From Amphiscolops sp. MND2022 (taxonomy: Eukaryota): a stretch of DNA of 64,000 bases. The stretch lies in contig OZ076413.1 in assembly GCA_964187785.1 (NCBI GenBank), positions 37,014,001-37,078,000 on the forward strand, written 5' to 3'. The notes under the pieces are model-generated. The model worked only from the letters and a program-made list of their open reading frames with translations. It did not search any database and was not told the origin of the DNA. The first letter of the stretch is position 1. Every line of letters starts with the position of its first letter. Shown here piece after piece: positions 13,350-25,744 of this stretch. Position numbers and translations under genes: made by a program.

Positions 13350-14177
13350 AGGCGTCTTCCACCATGTAGAGCGGTTTGCCCAGTTCGCTCCTGAGTAGCA
13401 GCATGTTTCACAGGGATTGGTAATGTTGTGTTGAGGGGTTTCTGGTTTCGCTTATCCCTGTTTGTCTTCCGACAGTTGCGGATGAGGTGCCCCGGGTGTC
13501 CACAACCAAAGTATGTGTTCGCAGTTTTCGGATTTTGTTTCCTGGTTAAAGTTGTTAGTGGGTTCCACGTTGTGTATGCCAGATTATGGGTTTGCTAATC
13601 CATTGAGTTCCATCTCCCGCTCCAGGTGTTTCGTAGGATGCTGTTTCAAGGCGCGCTTGGTTTAATACTCTTTTAAGGTGGGCGAGCATTTTTGCGTAGA
13701 AGGAGGTCTCTATGAATCTGGGTGCATCATCTGCGTACGCCTCTTGGGTTAGCTTCTGGTAGATCTCCAAGAAATCTTGAAATGTTTGATTCGCTGGATC
13801 AAAAGTAAGGTTCTCCCACTTGCACCTAGCTGTCGCTACTGACTGTATCCTGACGTATCTTCTCCAGAATCCGGCTATGTTATCGCTCAGATTGGTTTAG
13901 TTGCTTCTATCATGTTACGAAATGTTTGCAAGGCATCTCCTCGCAGCAGTGAGTGGAAATAGTGTAATTTGTTTTGTTCGAATATGTGGGCGTGAACTTT
14001 CAAGCTAGTTTCAAGCAGGTCTTCGAAACGTTCAAACGTTTCTGCTTTACCGTCAAAGGTTGGCATTGTTGTCGTTAGGGCTTTTGGTAAGCGAGGTAGG
14101 TTTGGTGCTTGTTTATGTGTTGCGTAGAGATTCCAATAGTTTGGTATCTTTGAGACGCTTGGAAATTTTGTTCTCAA
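13350..14177 (-). pseudogene. gag: Gypsy-1 gag (fragmented) with CCHC-like knuckle near 13480-13520
   Basis: MPTFDGKAETFERFEDL...HYFHSLLRGDALQTF is homologous to Gypsy-2 gag. GCGHPG/HLIRNC knuckle is split by a frameshift. Confidence 0.85.
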
Positions 14178-14640
14178 TCGTGTTAGAAATATCCTCGAAA
14201 TCGTAGTTAATCGAACTGGCTTTCTACATCTAGCTATCTGGTCGACTGGTCATTCCTCAGTTTACGCTTTTGTGATTTCTTAGGCATGACTTGGAACACG
14301 GTTAGTTAATAAAAACTTAATTGAATTAATGGAAGCCAATAGTAGGAAACAATACGTTCGAACAACTAGACAATTAAACAAGTCGATCAACTGTTCATTA
14401 TTATCGAAAAATGCGACTTAGAATAAGTAAGAATTCAAAGGGAAGGTTGGAATACTACTTCGAAACAATTGGTATTTCAAACGTTTACAAAAGTTGGAAA
14501 AATAATTCAGTTCGTTCCTAAGCCCACTTCAGGTTTTTATACTTTACGCTAGACACGCGGGGAAAACCTCGCGCGTGAATTCACACCTCGTTCAACCCGG
14601 TGTGCAATCCGAGTCTAGAAAATCCAAATAAGGTAGGCTT

Positions 14641-16192
14641 CTTGGGACTCGGCATTCGGTTCCATCCAACTTTCACATAAATGTGGGAATCACTTCCTGC
14701 CGCTTCCCATTTCCGCGACCCTTTCTTCTTCATTTTCCGCCTTTTAAAGACCCCGAGTTGAAGTTGGCCTTGAAACTCATGAACCTAGCTACTGAAGCGG
14801 GAAAAGGAACTGAATTTACATTGAAGAATTATCTACTGAACAACAAAATATGAAAATGAAAATTAACAACTCTGACAATCATTTAATCAGGCAATTAACA
14901 CTGTTAATTAGCGTTTAAAGAACACTACGGCACAAATACTCCCTGGCATATGACCAGGGAGTATTTGTGCCGTAGTGTTATTTAAACGCTAATTAACAGT
15001 GTTAATTGCCTGATTAAAAGATTGTCAGAGTTGTTAATTTTCGTTTTCATATTTTGTTGTTCAGTAGATAATTCTTCAATGTAAATTCAGTTCCTTTTCC
15101 CGCTTCAGTAGCTAGGTTTATGAGTTTCAATGCCAACTTCAACTCGGGGTCTTTAAAAGGCGGGAAATGAAGAAGAAAGGGTCGCGGAATTGGGAAGAAT
15201 TAACGTTCTGAGTCGCCTGGCGTAGTGACCAGGTGTTTGACCCAACGATCTGAACAATACAATGCATGGACTGAACAGGAATGCAACTGTAATATTGCAC
15301 ATTATAGTACAACAAACATAACAATGATTATAACTATTGTTAACAAGTGTATCACTTCATGTAATACGGCTAGATTATAAGTGGAAAGGGCAATATTAAA
15401 GGAGGAACTAGTACGTTTAACGCTTAACATTCGGTAGTTACGGGTTAGATAGTATTTGGACAACCTTATATTACACTCTTGTTCGAACGATTTAGTTGTT
15501 ATACCAACTAGTTACTATTTCATATTGTAGGTTTAGGCTGGTCGCCCAGGGGGGTGACCCAATCATAAAATTAATGAATTCACCATATCATTATTGTACC
15601 AACACTAATGTTATTTCCGTTAGGTTTTTTTCCGTTATCATTTACAATGAGCTTCTTTTAAACTCTTGTTTGCTATTAAAATGGTACTTGGTTTCAATCG
15701 GTTACAGCTGCATTTCAACCATTTCGAACGAGCGACTGAGCGTGCGTCCCAGTTCCGCTCAACTGGTAGGCTGCCTGAGCGGTTGACTCAGATTTATTGG
15801 TTAGCACAATTTGAGCTCAGCGCTGATTGGTTGTTGCAAAAGAGTGGTTGGATTTTAGTAGCTGCTTGAGGGGCGACACTCCAGTTGACGCGCTAGCTGA
15901 ATTAAATTCAGTCAACGCGCTGGCTGTTTGACTGTAAACAAATCACTGCACTTATTACTATATAATTATTTACATATTTATGTATTTTGAACACTGCACA
16001 AAAATGGTTATTAGTATTTATTGTACATTCTCGTAATGATTTAATGATATTAATTGTTGTTTGTTGTTTTCTTTTCAGGTTTGGTTTGTTTCTGTGTTTC
16101 TTTCCGGTCATCTAACCAGTCGTTGTCTCCACTTACTTCTCTCGGCGTTTCTATTGTGTTTGTATTTCCACAGCTCTGCTGGGGCTGCGACA
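14641..16192 (-). repeat. Gypsy-1 5' LTR (true inner boundary uncertain), contains inverted duplication
   Basis: Homologous to 3200-4522; ends ...GCTGCGACA on the plus strand. Confidence 0.85.
14703..15197. repeat. Long hairpin: ~244-bp arms, 7-nt loop (14947-14953)
   Basis: 14954-15197 is the reverse complement of 14703-14946; I counted about 7 mismatches. Confidence 0.97.
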
Positions 16193-16795
16193 ACAACAAT
16201 AGTAAATGGGCCACAAACACTGTGCGCAGAAATCAGGCCATGCAACTCATTAATAGGAGCTTAGTTCCAAAGTATCAACAAGCTAAAAGACGCGCATTGC
16301 AATCTTGATTGAGATTCAGCGTTATTAGCACTTCGTATTGAATTTTTTGCAGGTGGTCTTTTTTTCGAACGTTCTTGTTTTTACGGTCTCTGGACGCGCT
16401 CATGTTGCTCAACTTTCTTCTCTTCGGGGACACGTACTTCGAGCAAAGATGATCGCTGCTGTCCACGTCGAATTCGCGGCCAATGTCTCTTCAAGCGATT
16501 CGAATGTTTGAGACATCGAACTTCGATTAGTGATCATGCGGTCAGTGAATGCTGGAAGGTGACGTTACAAATCATCGCAGAGTTTAACTGATGTAGCAGT
16601 TGAAGGTGATGTGACTTGGCCGACACGTCATACTGTTTGGAAATTTGATGCTGATATGGGTCCCAATAGTCTTGTGGCTCGGGAGTTGGAGGTTAAACCA
16701 ACAATGTTCCAATTGGTTTGAAACGTCAGGCAGTCGATGTTACAAATTTTTCATGAAAAATTCGAAATGTGGGGTATCAAATAAGCACATCTAAG

Positions 16796-17022
16796 ATGGC
16801 CGACCCAGAAGGTACGGAAATCGTAGAGGAACCAAAAAAACGTACAAACAGACCACCCATGTAGTCCCCGACACCCGAAGGCACCCGGAAGAAGCTGAAA
16901 AAAGTGCGAAACCCAGTGTGGTGCCATGTGATGCAGGAAAATGTCGGAAGAAACCCCCCAGAATCAAGATGCAACCTGCCAGTGGATCTTTGCAAGAACT
17001 CCGGTACCTTCTTGAAGATGCC
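16796..17022 (+). pseudogene. Possible BED-finger N-terminal fragment of a DNA transposase
   Basis: MADPEG...RNPVWCHV...ATCQW resembles the start of a BED finger; contains an internal stop. Confidence 0.25.
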
Positions 17023-17482
17023 CGAGGAACTCTTAATAGTTAATTTCATTGTTATTAATGTTTTTGGCAGGTTTGTGATGAAATTGGATCTAGCAGATCC
17101 CAAGTTTGCTGATTTTAGATCTAATTCTGCAAATATAATGTACTTTTGCTGAACACTTTTTTTGGACCTCGGAAGTATGTAGGAAGGCGTGGGAGTACGT
17201 TAGGAGCCTAGGAGTCGTTTTTACAGGCTTGTGGGGCGTGTCCGGACTTTGGCTCTGCGTTTTTTAGATAAGCTCTACAAGCACGAAAATTCGGAATTTC
17301 CAAACAAATTTTTCCGAGAATTTTTGAAGGCGTGTGTTTCAAGGATTGTTTTAAGAAATTTGGAACATATGTGGAAGTTTGTTTCTAAATCAAAAAGATC
17401 GAAAAATCTAACCTCAACGTTTTCCGTAGATTCAATTTCAAAGTGACGAAATGGCGGCAAATTCAAAACTATGGGGCGGTCT

Positions 17483-18007
17483 ACAACCCATGGTAACCCA
17501 CCACTGGCCATCGGTGGACCACCGGTGACCACCGGTGAAGGCAATTTCGGATAATCAATCACTAGTTCCACCGGTGGTCACTAGTTTTTCAAACAAAATG
17601 AATCGTGAATTATGGAAAACTATTGAAAATTATCATTTCGTTATGGAATTCGAAAGTTATTTATGTTTTCAAAAAATCCACGTCTGCACTCAAGAAGTTC
17701 TGCAGCAATTAAGACAATTTTGGCACCGCGTGTACGCGAGTCGCGATGTAGGAATTGCAGCAGAACAAATATCGCTGAGGCAAAACAAACAAATTACAAA
17801 AGCTGATAGCGCAGAGGTAAATGCTGGGGTGTCAACAAAATTAACACAGGATCGCGTCACAATTTTTGCAATATTTTGTATACATGAAATTTTTCCCTAC
17901 CGGTGGTCCACCCCCGATCGCCACAAAATATGTCATGGCCACCGCCATGACCACCGGTGGGCTGCGATGGCAAGTGCGGTGGCCACCGGTGGGTTACCCT
18001 GGGTTGT
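17483..18007. mobile_element. MITE-like element with ~30-bp imperfect TIRs and ACCACCGGT(G) subrepeats
   Basis: Left ACAACCCATGGTAACCCACC vs reverse complement of right end ACAACCCAGGGTAACCCACC. No clear TSD. Confidence 0.7.
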
Positions 18008-18894
18008 CAGCGCGGGCAACCTTGTTCCGTCGAGCAATCTGGTGTTGCTGCGGGCCATTAGTTTTGAGGCCTTAGCTAAGTCTTGAATCTTTTAAAAGAT
18101 GGTTAACAGGAGCTAACGCAATCGTTGTAATAAAAGTTAATCAGATTTCCTATTAAATTTCGATACTACGAGAGTTCCAGCGAAAAAAAACTTCTATGCG
18201 AAGGTATTGGTATTGTCAGTCAGTTGAAAACAGTTGTGTTGGAGAAACTTGAAAGTGAGAAAGTTGAGTTAATAAACATTCAGTTCACACTTAATGAACG
18301 CCCTGGCCGATGTTTTACAGGCACCTTCAAAAAATGCCGGCTATTTTTTTATAAAACATGGAAAATTCAGGGACCATGCCTGGAATTTTTTTGTGAACTG
18401 AACATGCAACTTGAAAAATTTTGCAAAATTACCAGGCAACTTAGAAAATGCTGGCAGTATTTCAAGTACTTTTAAAATTATCCTGCAACCTATAAAACAT
18501 TTTTTCAATGCATGTAGTGTCACCCCAAAAGACTCTCAAAGCGATCATTCAATTTGAACTCAATTCTCATTCTGACGAAGTCTACTTTCTTCAATTCTGA
18601 TGTTCTTGTAAAAAACAATAAGAATAAGAAAAGAGCCGCGGGCTTGATATTTCTGACATTCATTGGAAATTGAATTAAGTGATATCAATGGAAAGCAACA
18701 AATATCATTATGCAATTGACTCTTATTACTGCACAAAACCATTAATTTCCAAACTCAGTTACAGCTTTATTGGGAATCAATTTCCATTATAGTATACATG
18801 AAATACGTAATTTGTTCTTTTTTTGTTATTGCGTAAGCCTGATTACTGCGCAATACGCCACGTAGTACCCAGTAATGAGAGTCAACTGAACAAT

Positions 18895-19440
18895 AGTTGC
18901 CCTAGTTGAAACTACAGGAACTTTTTACATGCTACAGGTCTGTATGCAGGGAAAGTTTTTATAAAACCTAGCAAATTCAGAGAACTTCTGATTGTAAATC
19001 ATGTACAATTACACTGCATTTTCCACTCCTGTCATTAAATTTGAAAATAAATTCCACTACATTACCGACACAATCACTGTGTAATCACACTTTGTTTTCT
19101 CAACTACTCATCCGATTTAATTACCGCTTCTCAAATAGGACGCTGAAGATGACGCTAGTTCAATGTTTACATTGTGAAGTTAAATTGCATTAGAATAGGC
19201 GGCAAAATTGTTGATGTTTAAAACTAGAACTGATTCATAATGAAACCTGCAAAACTTCAAGGCTTAAACTTGCCGCCAAAACTTTTATGAATCTTTCAAG
19301 CAGCTTGATAAAAGTTAAATACAACAGGGAAATATTGTCGCATGAAAGTTTCCGTAAGAGTTTTAGAAAATCATAATAGAAGTTGCTGGTAAGATTAAAA
19401 TACATGCAAAAGGTTCAAGTAGTTTCAACACGGGTGAACA
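18895..19440 (+). repeat. Repeat whose second copy is split by Gypsy-2 (21345-21719 plus 35782-35950)
   Basis: GGAACTTTTTACATGCTACAGG and TTCTCAACTACTCAT match the left flank; TTCAAGCAGCTTGATAAAA and TTTCCGTAAGAGTTTTAGAA match the right flank. Confidence 0.85.
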
Positions 19441-19579
19441 ATAACTGTTGTAATGCCTCAACCAGCTTCAAACTGAACAGCTAACACTTCATTCTTGTTG
19501 ACACGACATTCAATGCTTCTAGGGTATAATTGTCTAGTGTAAGTGTCTAATATAATTCATCCAGGGCTAAGTCGAATCA

Positions 19580-19728
19580 TCAGTTGGAGGGGAAGTAATC
19601 TAGTTTGTGCCACATGCGAATTTGTTGATTCGGCTTGCTGTACATCGACATCCACTGTTCAGTGCAGGCCCCGCTGGAGAAGTTTTCTGTACCAATAGCG
19701 AGCTCTCCCACTAGCTCCTCTAAAACCA
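19580..19728 (-). CDS. Last exon of synaptotagmin-like gene (C2B C-terminus)
   Basis: VLEELVGELAIG...EQWMSMYSKPNQQIRMWHKL matches the C2B IG.V..G...HW..M...P...I..WH.L pattern. Phase-1 acceptor at 19729-19730 fits the donor at 36014. Confidence 0.65.
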
Positions 19729-21719
19729 CTGACTGTTCCATAGAACTCGTAAAAAACTCAAACATTTACGTAACTTGCTCACCACCACAACTTAGGAAAG
19801 TTTCAACATCCCAAATTGAACTCTCCTTGCGAATCTGAACAGATCTGTAGAGATCCCGACTGATATTCCATGGTTTGTCGGAAATTAACTAGTCGTAAAT
19901 ACAGTTTTTAAATTGAAATTAGATGATTGGATGTGCTCTTATGGATGAACACGCCTCTTAATTGAAGTTTTGAAAAAGTTGCCGTGCAAACTGTTCGGAT
20001 CTGTACAGATTCTGACGGATATTTCAAGTTTTGTCGAACCTTATCGATAAGACAATGACCAATACACGACTAGAACGTGGTGACCAATACTCCGGGTTAC
20101 CAGGAAACACTGAAACACCTCCAGCAAACCGTGTTCCCAAAATAAAACAACGACAGCACTTTAGCACAATTCAATGAAGCAATGAGCCTCTCAAAGTTCA
20201 ACAACCACTTCTAGAAATTTGAAGTGAAATGAATAATACTTTGTATTACAAGTAACTAACCTTCCCCAGTCACCAAAAGTGCCGTAATGGTGGCATGTTT
20301 GCGTGCTCGAGAAAATTGATTGATGGAGAGTTTCAACTGACTGAGCCTCGGTCAGCTAAATTACTCGGAAAAGTAGTTGGAGAAGCACAAAATGCAGAAC
20401 ATTAGTTCCCGAGAAGCTCCCGCATTCAATTTGTTTTCTTCAGAATCTGATTGGTGTACAGATCTGATATGAGGGATTGGTTTTCAAATTTTCTTTGCAG
20501 TAGTGGAAAATGCACTGGAAATTTAAATTTATAACCTTACCGAATTATCTAGGTTTTTGCCAAAAAAGTCCCTTGTATGAATGTCGGCAGCATGTAAAAG
20601 TTTCCTGCGGTCTTCACGTTAAGTTAAATAGGGCAGTCAGTTGAAACCTTCCATCAGTGGAAATTCTCGAGCGGGAAAGCTGGTCACCATCACGGTGAAT
20701 GGGGTTGGTGACTGTGGAATGTTAGGAACTTGCTTTACAAGGTAATGTTTGTTTTACTTGAACTTTGGAAGTGGTTGTCGAATTTTGAGAGACCAGTTTG
20801 CCATAATGACTTCACTTTAGCATATGAAGACAGACATGTGGCGACCATCTGGGCTGGTAGAGATGTTGATAAAGTGATGTTGCTGTTATATTTCGGAAAC
20901 ATGTTTTGCTGGATTAGTTTTAGTAAAATGCTGATAACTCGGAGTAAGTTATGGTCGCTAATTGATCACGTTCGTGTCGTTAACTTTCGACAAACCCTGA
21001 AATATCTGCCAGAATCTGAACAGACCTGAACAGAATCACACAGAAATTCCCCTTGAAACTTCAATTCGGAGGCGTGTTCACCTTCTAGAGCACTTTTTTG
21101 ACTTTTTATTTTAAGACTGTAATTACGACTAGTTATATTTCAACAAATCCTGGAACAGCAGTCAAGATCTGTTCAGATCTGTGCATATGCACAGAGAGTG
21201 CTCGACGTAATCAATAAAATACGATAATTCAACACTCAAAAAATCTTCTTTCAGCTACATGATCCTTGTAATTTTCCTTCGATTCAACTTCCAATTGTGA
21301 TTCTTTATTTCACAATTGTATGTCATCATAGGAAAAAAATCTACTGCCCTAATTGAGACTGCTGGAACTTTTTACATGCTACAGGCTTTTATGCAGGTTA
21401 TTTTTTTATATAAAACCCAGACATTTCAGGAAGCTTCCTGTAGTAAATCTTGTATACTTAGACTGCATTTTCCGCTTCTGCAAGTGAATTTGAATGGATT
21501 TCCTCCTTCTTCACGAACACGATCACGTTGATCACGGTCACGTATCCATACATTGATTTCTCAACTACTCATCTGATTCAATCACCGCTTCTTAAACACG
21601 CTGATGAAAACACTAGTCTGTTGTTTACATTGTGAATGAAGTTAATTTGCCTCAAAATGGCGGCAAACTTGACGTCTCAGTTACATTTAAAATTAGAACT
21701 GATGCATTTAAGAACTTGT

Positions 21720-23264
21720 TGTGATAATCCTCCTCCTGTTCATGCATTTCTGAGGCCCTTAGGGGATGGACATCTTCGTCTTCTGTATCTGAGTTTTCTA
21801 TGTTAGATGCGTGAACTCCATTAGACCTAATACTTTTGGATCCCGAAGGTTGAGAGTTTAGTATTCCGTCAATATCAGATCTAGGATTTGTTATTGTTGA
21901 TATTGTTTTGTTTGTTCTTATTCCTTTCAAAATTGCATCAAACTTGTTTTCCATCTCCTCTCTCATTTTCATTATCCTGCCATTGTTCTTTTGTTCAAAG
22001 TTTTCTGTCCAAACTTGGATCTCGTTACTGATCTGGTTAGGTTCTATCAGATTAGATCTGTTTTCGTTTTCACCTAAAGGTTCCTGAATAACAGTACTAA
22101 CATTAGTAAAAGTTTCATTACCTTGCATTGGTGTTTCTACTTGTGCCTCGCTCAATTCTCGGTCAGATGATGGTGTTTCATGTCTTCTCCTGTTCCTCTT
22201 ATTTCCCATTGTTCTCAAGTGAAAATGTGTTGGGTTTGCTGGGGAAGAATTTGAATTTATTCAAAGGGATTTGAGGAAACAAGTTGAAAAGATTGAACAA
22301 GGGTTGATTGCACAACTGTTTTACAAAATTTGGGTGTATGTTATCAAGCAACTGCTTCTGACGATGGTTATTCCGATGAATGATTGAGTTCTAAACTTTT
22401 AGGTCTCGGGGAAAATGACAGAGGTTACACTCATAATTATGGGTGTCATGGTCCCCAAAATATATAAAAAGAATTACGTCATATGCCGTAATCCTATTTA
22501 TAGCTCCAAATATACATTACATTACAAGCAGAAAAAAGTATTCTACAACTACATCCAAAAACCCTGGAAATCCGCAAAGTAATGTTTATGCGCTTTTATT
22601 TTTCCGCATATTGAGGCATACTTACTTTGCAACAATGGTATAGCGCCGTATGATGAATATCGTGGAAAACCGCATGTTGGCCTATGCGCGCCGGCGATTT
22701 TCGCATAGTGACGTATAAATAGCACTATATCACTGTATGAAGGAAATTACTGATTTCCGCATAATGCCATATAAGCGGTAACAAATTTCTGCATAATGCA
22801 GTATATACGTCTGGAAATTTCCGCATATTACCGCATGAAGAATATTTGAAAACAGCACAATGAAGTATATTCAATTTCACAATTTCGTTCAGTGACGCAT
22901 GTCTAATGTTCAGAAAAGTCACGTATTAATCTGATACCAATTTCCATTCATAAAAAAGATTCGAATTCACTAAAATGAGTCATCAGATTGGGTTACGATT
23001 AAAGGCAAAGAATCAAGGAAACACTTATGATAGTGGTATCTTAATTTGCTGTCACCTTTTGCGCATCAAAAGGAGGAAAATACAAAATCAAATTTTTACA
23101 AGACATAAAACCACAGCTAGAACAAATAATGAGACATAAAAAAGGGGGGTTTAGACAGTTTGTAAAGCTTAATTAAGGCAAGTTTTGTCTCTTTGGGCTG
23201 CATCAGTTGTTCTCTTTTTTTCATTCTTGCACAACAGGTCCAGAGCACCCATGAGGCTGCGACA
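21720..23264 (-). repeat. Gypsy-2 3' LTR (1545 bp; ~80-bp deletion vs 5' LTR; encodes gag N-terminal fragment)
   Basis: Direct repeat of 34155-35781. Confidence 0.95.
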
Positions 23265-24279
23265 GTCCCGCACCTTTAAAAGAGAACAGTGCAGCCTCGA
23301 ACCCATCAATGAAGGCGCGTGACCTCACACCCCTGTCCCTGACTGTCTCCCCATCGTAGGCGGTAGCGACGAGGTACTCCCCCAGAGTCTCCAATGCAAT
23401 CAAGTCGTAGCATTTTCCACACCAATCACAGCAACCAGCGACGTTAGGCATGACAGTGGGTAGGAGTCTGTACATCTGTCTCTCTTGAAGAGGCAAAAGC
23501 ATCAGGTTTGTGATGTGCCCTACTTGGAATGGGAAGTGATGGGTCGGCACAGGGTTGGGTCCTCCACTCAATCGAGGGATATGAAGGCTACCTTCATGGG
23601 GCGTTATTTGTATCATTAATGGAGCAATATTGTACATTGGCAAGTTGTTAGGAATGGGGGCGAAGGCACTATTCAGATTTACCCCGTTCGTATGGATGCC
23701 ATTTAAAACTCTGTGTGTTTGTTGATGTCCGTGATCGACTAGTTGTTGGGCTTGGAAATTGAGAATGTTAGCTGTAAAATTAGTTGGGTACGTAGGTATA
23801 GGTCTATTAATCGCTGCAGGTGCCTGAGTTGTATTCCTGGGTGTAGGAAGAATTGCAACAGTTGGCCTTCCGTAGCTATTTACCGGGACTCCCATTGGCT
23901 CGGCCGTATCCCAAGGGGACATTGATGAATCTTCCAGCTCTGTATCGATGAAGGAAGTCGACGATGATTCCCTACTAAAGTGGTGTTCTTCAATAATAGC
24001 CATCATTTGACGCTCGATCTGAGTGCCGGCAGTGTCGATTATTTCAGTTACTACAGGACCTTCAGGTTCCGATGCGAACAGAGTTGCAGAAGTTGCGCCC
24101 ACAAACGCTGTCATCATGTCCGATCTCGGTCCGCCGACTCTAAATCTTGCTTCTATATCTGGCAGACTACTTGGTTGTACTACAAACTCTTCTCGAGAAT
24201 CGCTCGATACATCGATGATACTGGGCGACTGGATTGACAACAGAGGGCTGTCCTCAAGATTGAATTGCAGATTGTCCAT
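23221..24279 (-). CDS. Intact 352-aa accessory ORF (Pro/Ser/Thr-rich, CCDWCGKC Cys cluster) ending inside the 3' LTR
   Basis: Uninterrupted ATG-to-TGA ORF; last ~15 codons lie in the LTR. No signal peptide or TM segment seen. Confidence 0.7.
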   Translation of the reverse strand: MDNLQFNLEDSPLLSIQSPSIIDVSSDSREEFVVQPSSLPDIEARFRVGGPRSDMMTAFVGATSATLFASEPEGPVVTEIIDTAGTQIERQMMAIIEEHHFSRESSSTSFIDTELEDSSMSPWDTAEPMGVPVNSYGRPTVAILPTPRNTTQAPAAINRPIPTYPTNFTANILNFQAQQLVDHGHQQTHRVLNGIHTNGVNLNSAFAPIPNNLPMYNIAPLMIQITPHEGSLHIPRLSGGPNPVPTHHFPFQVGHITNLMLLPLQERQMYRLLPTVMPNVAGCCDWCGKCYDLIALETLGEYLVATAYDGETVRDRGVRSRAFIDGFEAALFSFKGAGLSQPHGCSGPVVQE

Positions 24280-25744
24280 TTTTTTGTTTTAATGATATGA
24301 CTGACTACTGGCAGAGTTTAAAAGTAGGTTTGGTTCTGATGAAGCTACTGTTTCAGATGAGTTAAAAGACCATTTGGTGACTATTTCTCGCTTCTCTTTC
24401 GTTTATAACAAAACCCCGAGGAAAAATGGAGTGTCATGCTTTCGGGGTTCCCAGTTTCCCTATAAGGTTCCTTTCTGTGACAATCATCACTCAACCCGCA
24501 AAAAATATTGAGTTTTCCTTCAATTTGACGTAAACAATCTTCCATTTTTGGTGTTCCGTCATCTATTAGGAGGGATTTCTTCTTCACCCTTATGGCTTGC
24601 CGGCGTTGAATCATTTTAATGAAACTAAACCAAAATTGTAACTAACTTCAAAGGATTTCATGACTAACAACTTCCATTGACAAAGAAATGAAGTGAAAAT
24701 TGATATACATATCCAAATCTACATGACTGGGGTTCATGTTTATGAATGGAGTCCTTCAAAACCAAAAGTGTAGTTTTTATGAAATGTCACATTCATCCAT
24801 TGTTCATCAAAATTTAGTTTCAAGTCCCGCACTTGAAAAGTGCGTTATATCTCGAAAAAATAAAAGAGCATCAGGTCTCGTTTATCATTTGTCTTCATCA
24901 TTCGGTTTGTCTGTATTGGCTCACTGTCATGTAAGAGTGCGTTTTGATGGTAGACCATCATTCTTTGCATGTCCGATAGCTAGTGTTAATTGCTGAACGC
25001 CTCAGCATCATTAGAAGTTGAAGTTAATCCGTATATGTCCTTTGAAACGTCCTATGTAAACGTAGCCTTCAGCGTGTATTGGCTTTCTGTATTACACCAC
25101 ATGTGCATTTGTAATTTTCCGCATACTGTTGTATGTGTAGTATTGACTTTCCGTATGCTGCTGCATATGCGTTCGTGAATTCCCGCATACTGCCGCATAG
25201 CTGGCGGCGACTTTCCGTATTATGCTGCATATGCGGTCATACATTTCCGCATAGTGCCGCATGTGTGGTGATGGCTTTCAATGTTCTGCCGTATATGCAG
25301 TTTTAAATTTCCGTACGCTGACGCATACTCAGATTGGCAAATCAGTACCATTCCGCATACAGCTTTCACTAACATCTTTGTGTTGTTGATTGATTTTTAA
25401 TCTCATCAATTACGTCATCGTTCATTCTGGCAGAAACGAATAGCAATAGATTGACCAGTCACATTCGAGTATTTTGCGCATATGTACGCAAATTTTGTGC
25501 TCTTTTGCTTTTTGCCTTCTATTTATTTGCCACGCCTTTCGCACCTACGGAAAATTGCCTTAAAGTTTCTACTTTGCTTTGAGTCTATATATTAGTTCGT
25601 ATAAATTTCTAGATAACCGTCAGATTAGTCAAATTCTCAATTCCAATTCCGTTGCCTCCATTATTCCCCTTATCAATTGTCAGTCATATCGTAAGACTGT
25701 TCTATACCTCTATCCAACACTGGATAGCTGCTTTCCATTTTGAG

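Larger units (their letters stand above)
3200..16192 (-). mobile_element. Gypsy-1: Ty3/Gypsy LTR retrotransposon, non-autonomous (gag-PR-INT, RT/RNaseH deleted), 3' LTR truncated, with antisense cargo
   Basis: Direct repeats 3200-4522 and 14641-16192 both start TGTCGCAG on the minus strand. Gag, protease (VLVDSGA) and integrase lie in Gypsy order. No TSD found because the left end is truncated. Confidence 0.9.

Noticed and set aside
11296-13351. Plus-strand hydrophobic ORFs (e.g. 11296..11628, 12302..12538, 13049..13351; likewise 56822..57205 and 58398..58979 on minus)
   Set aside because: Shadow frames opposite recognisable genes, with no motifs of their own.
14641-16192. DIRS/tyrosine-recombinase retroelement or viral hairpin terminus
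   Set aside because: The element encodes a DDE integrase and has direct LTRs; the hairpin is internal and absent from the other LTR.
21720-23264. Tandem second element starting at the gag-like ORF 21652..22218
   Set aside because: The gag fragment ends exactly at the LTR terminus next to the TSD, so it is part of the LTR.
23221-24279. env gene
   Set aside because: No signal peptide, furin site or transmembrane anchor visible.
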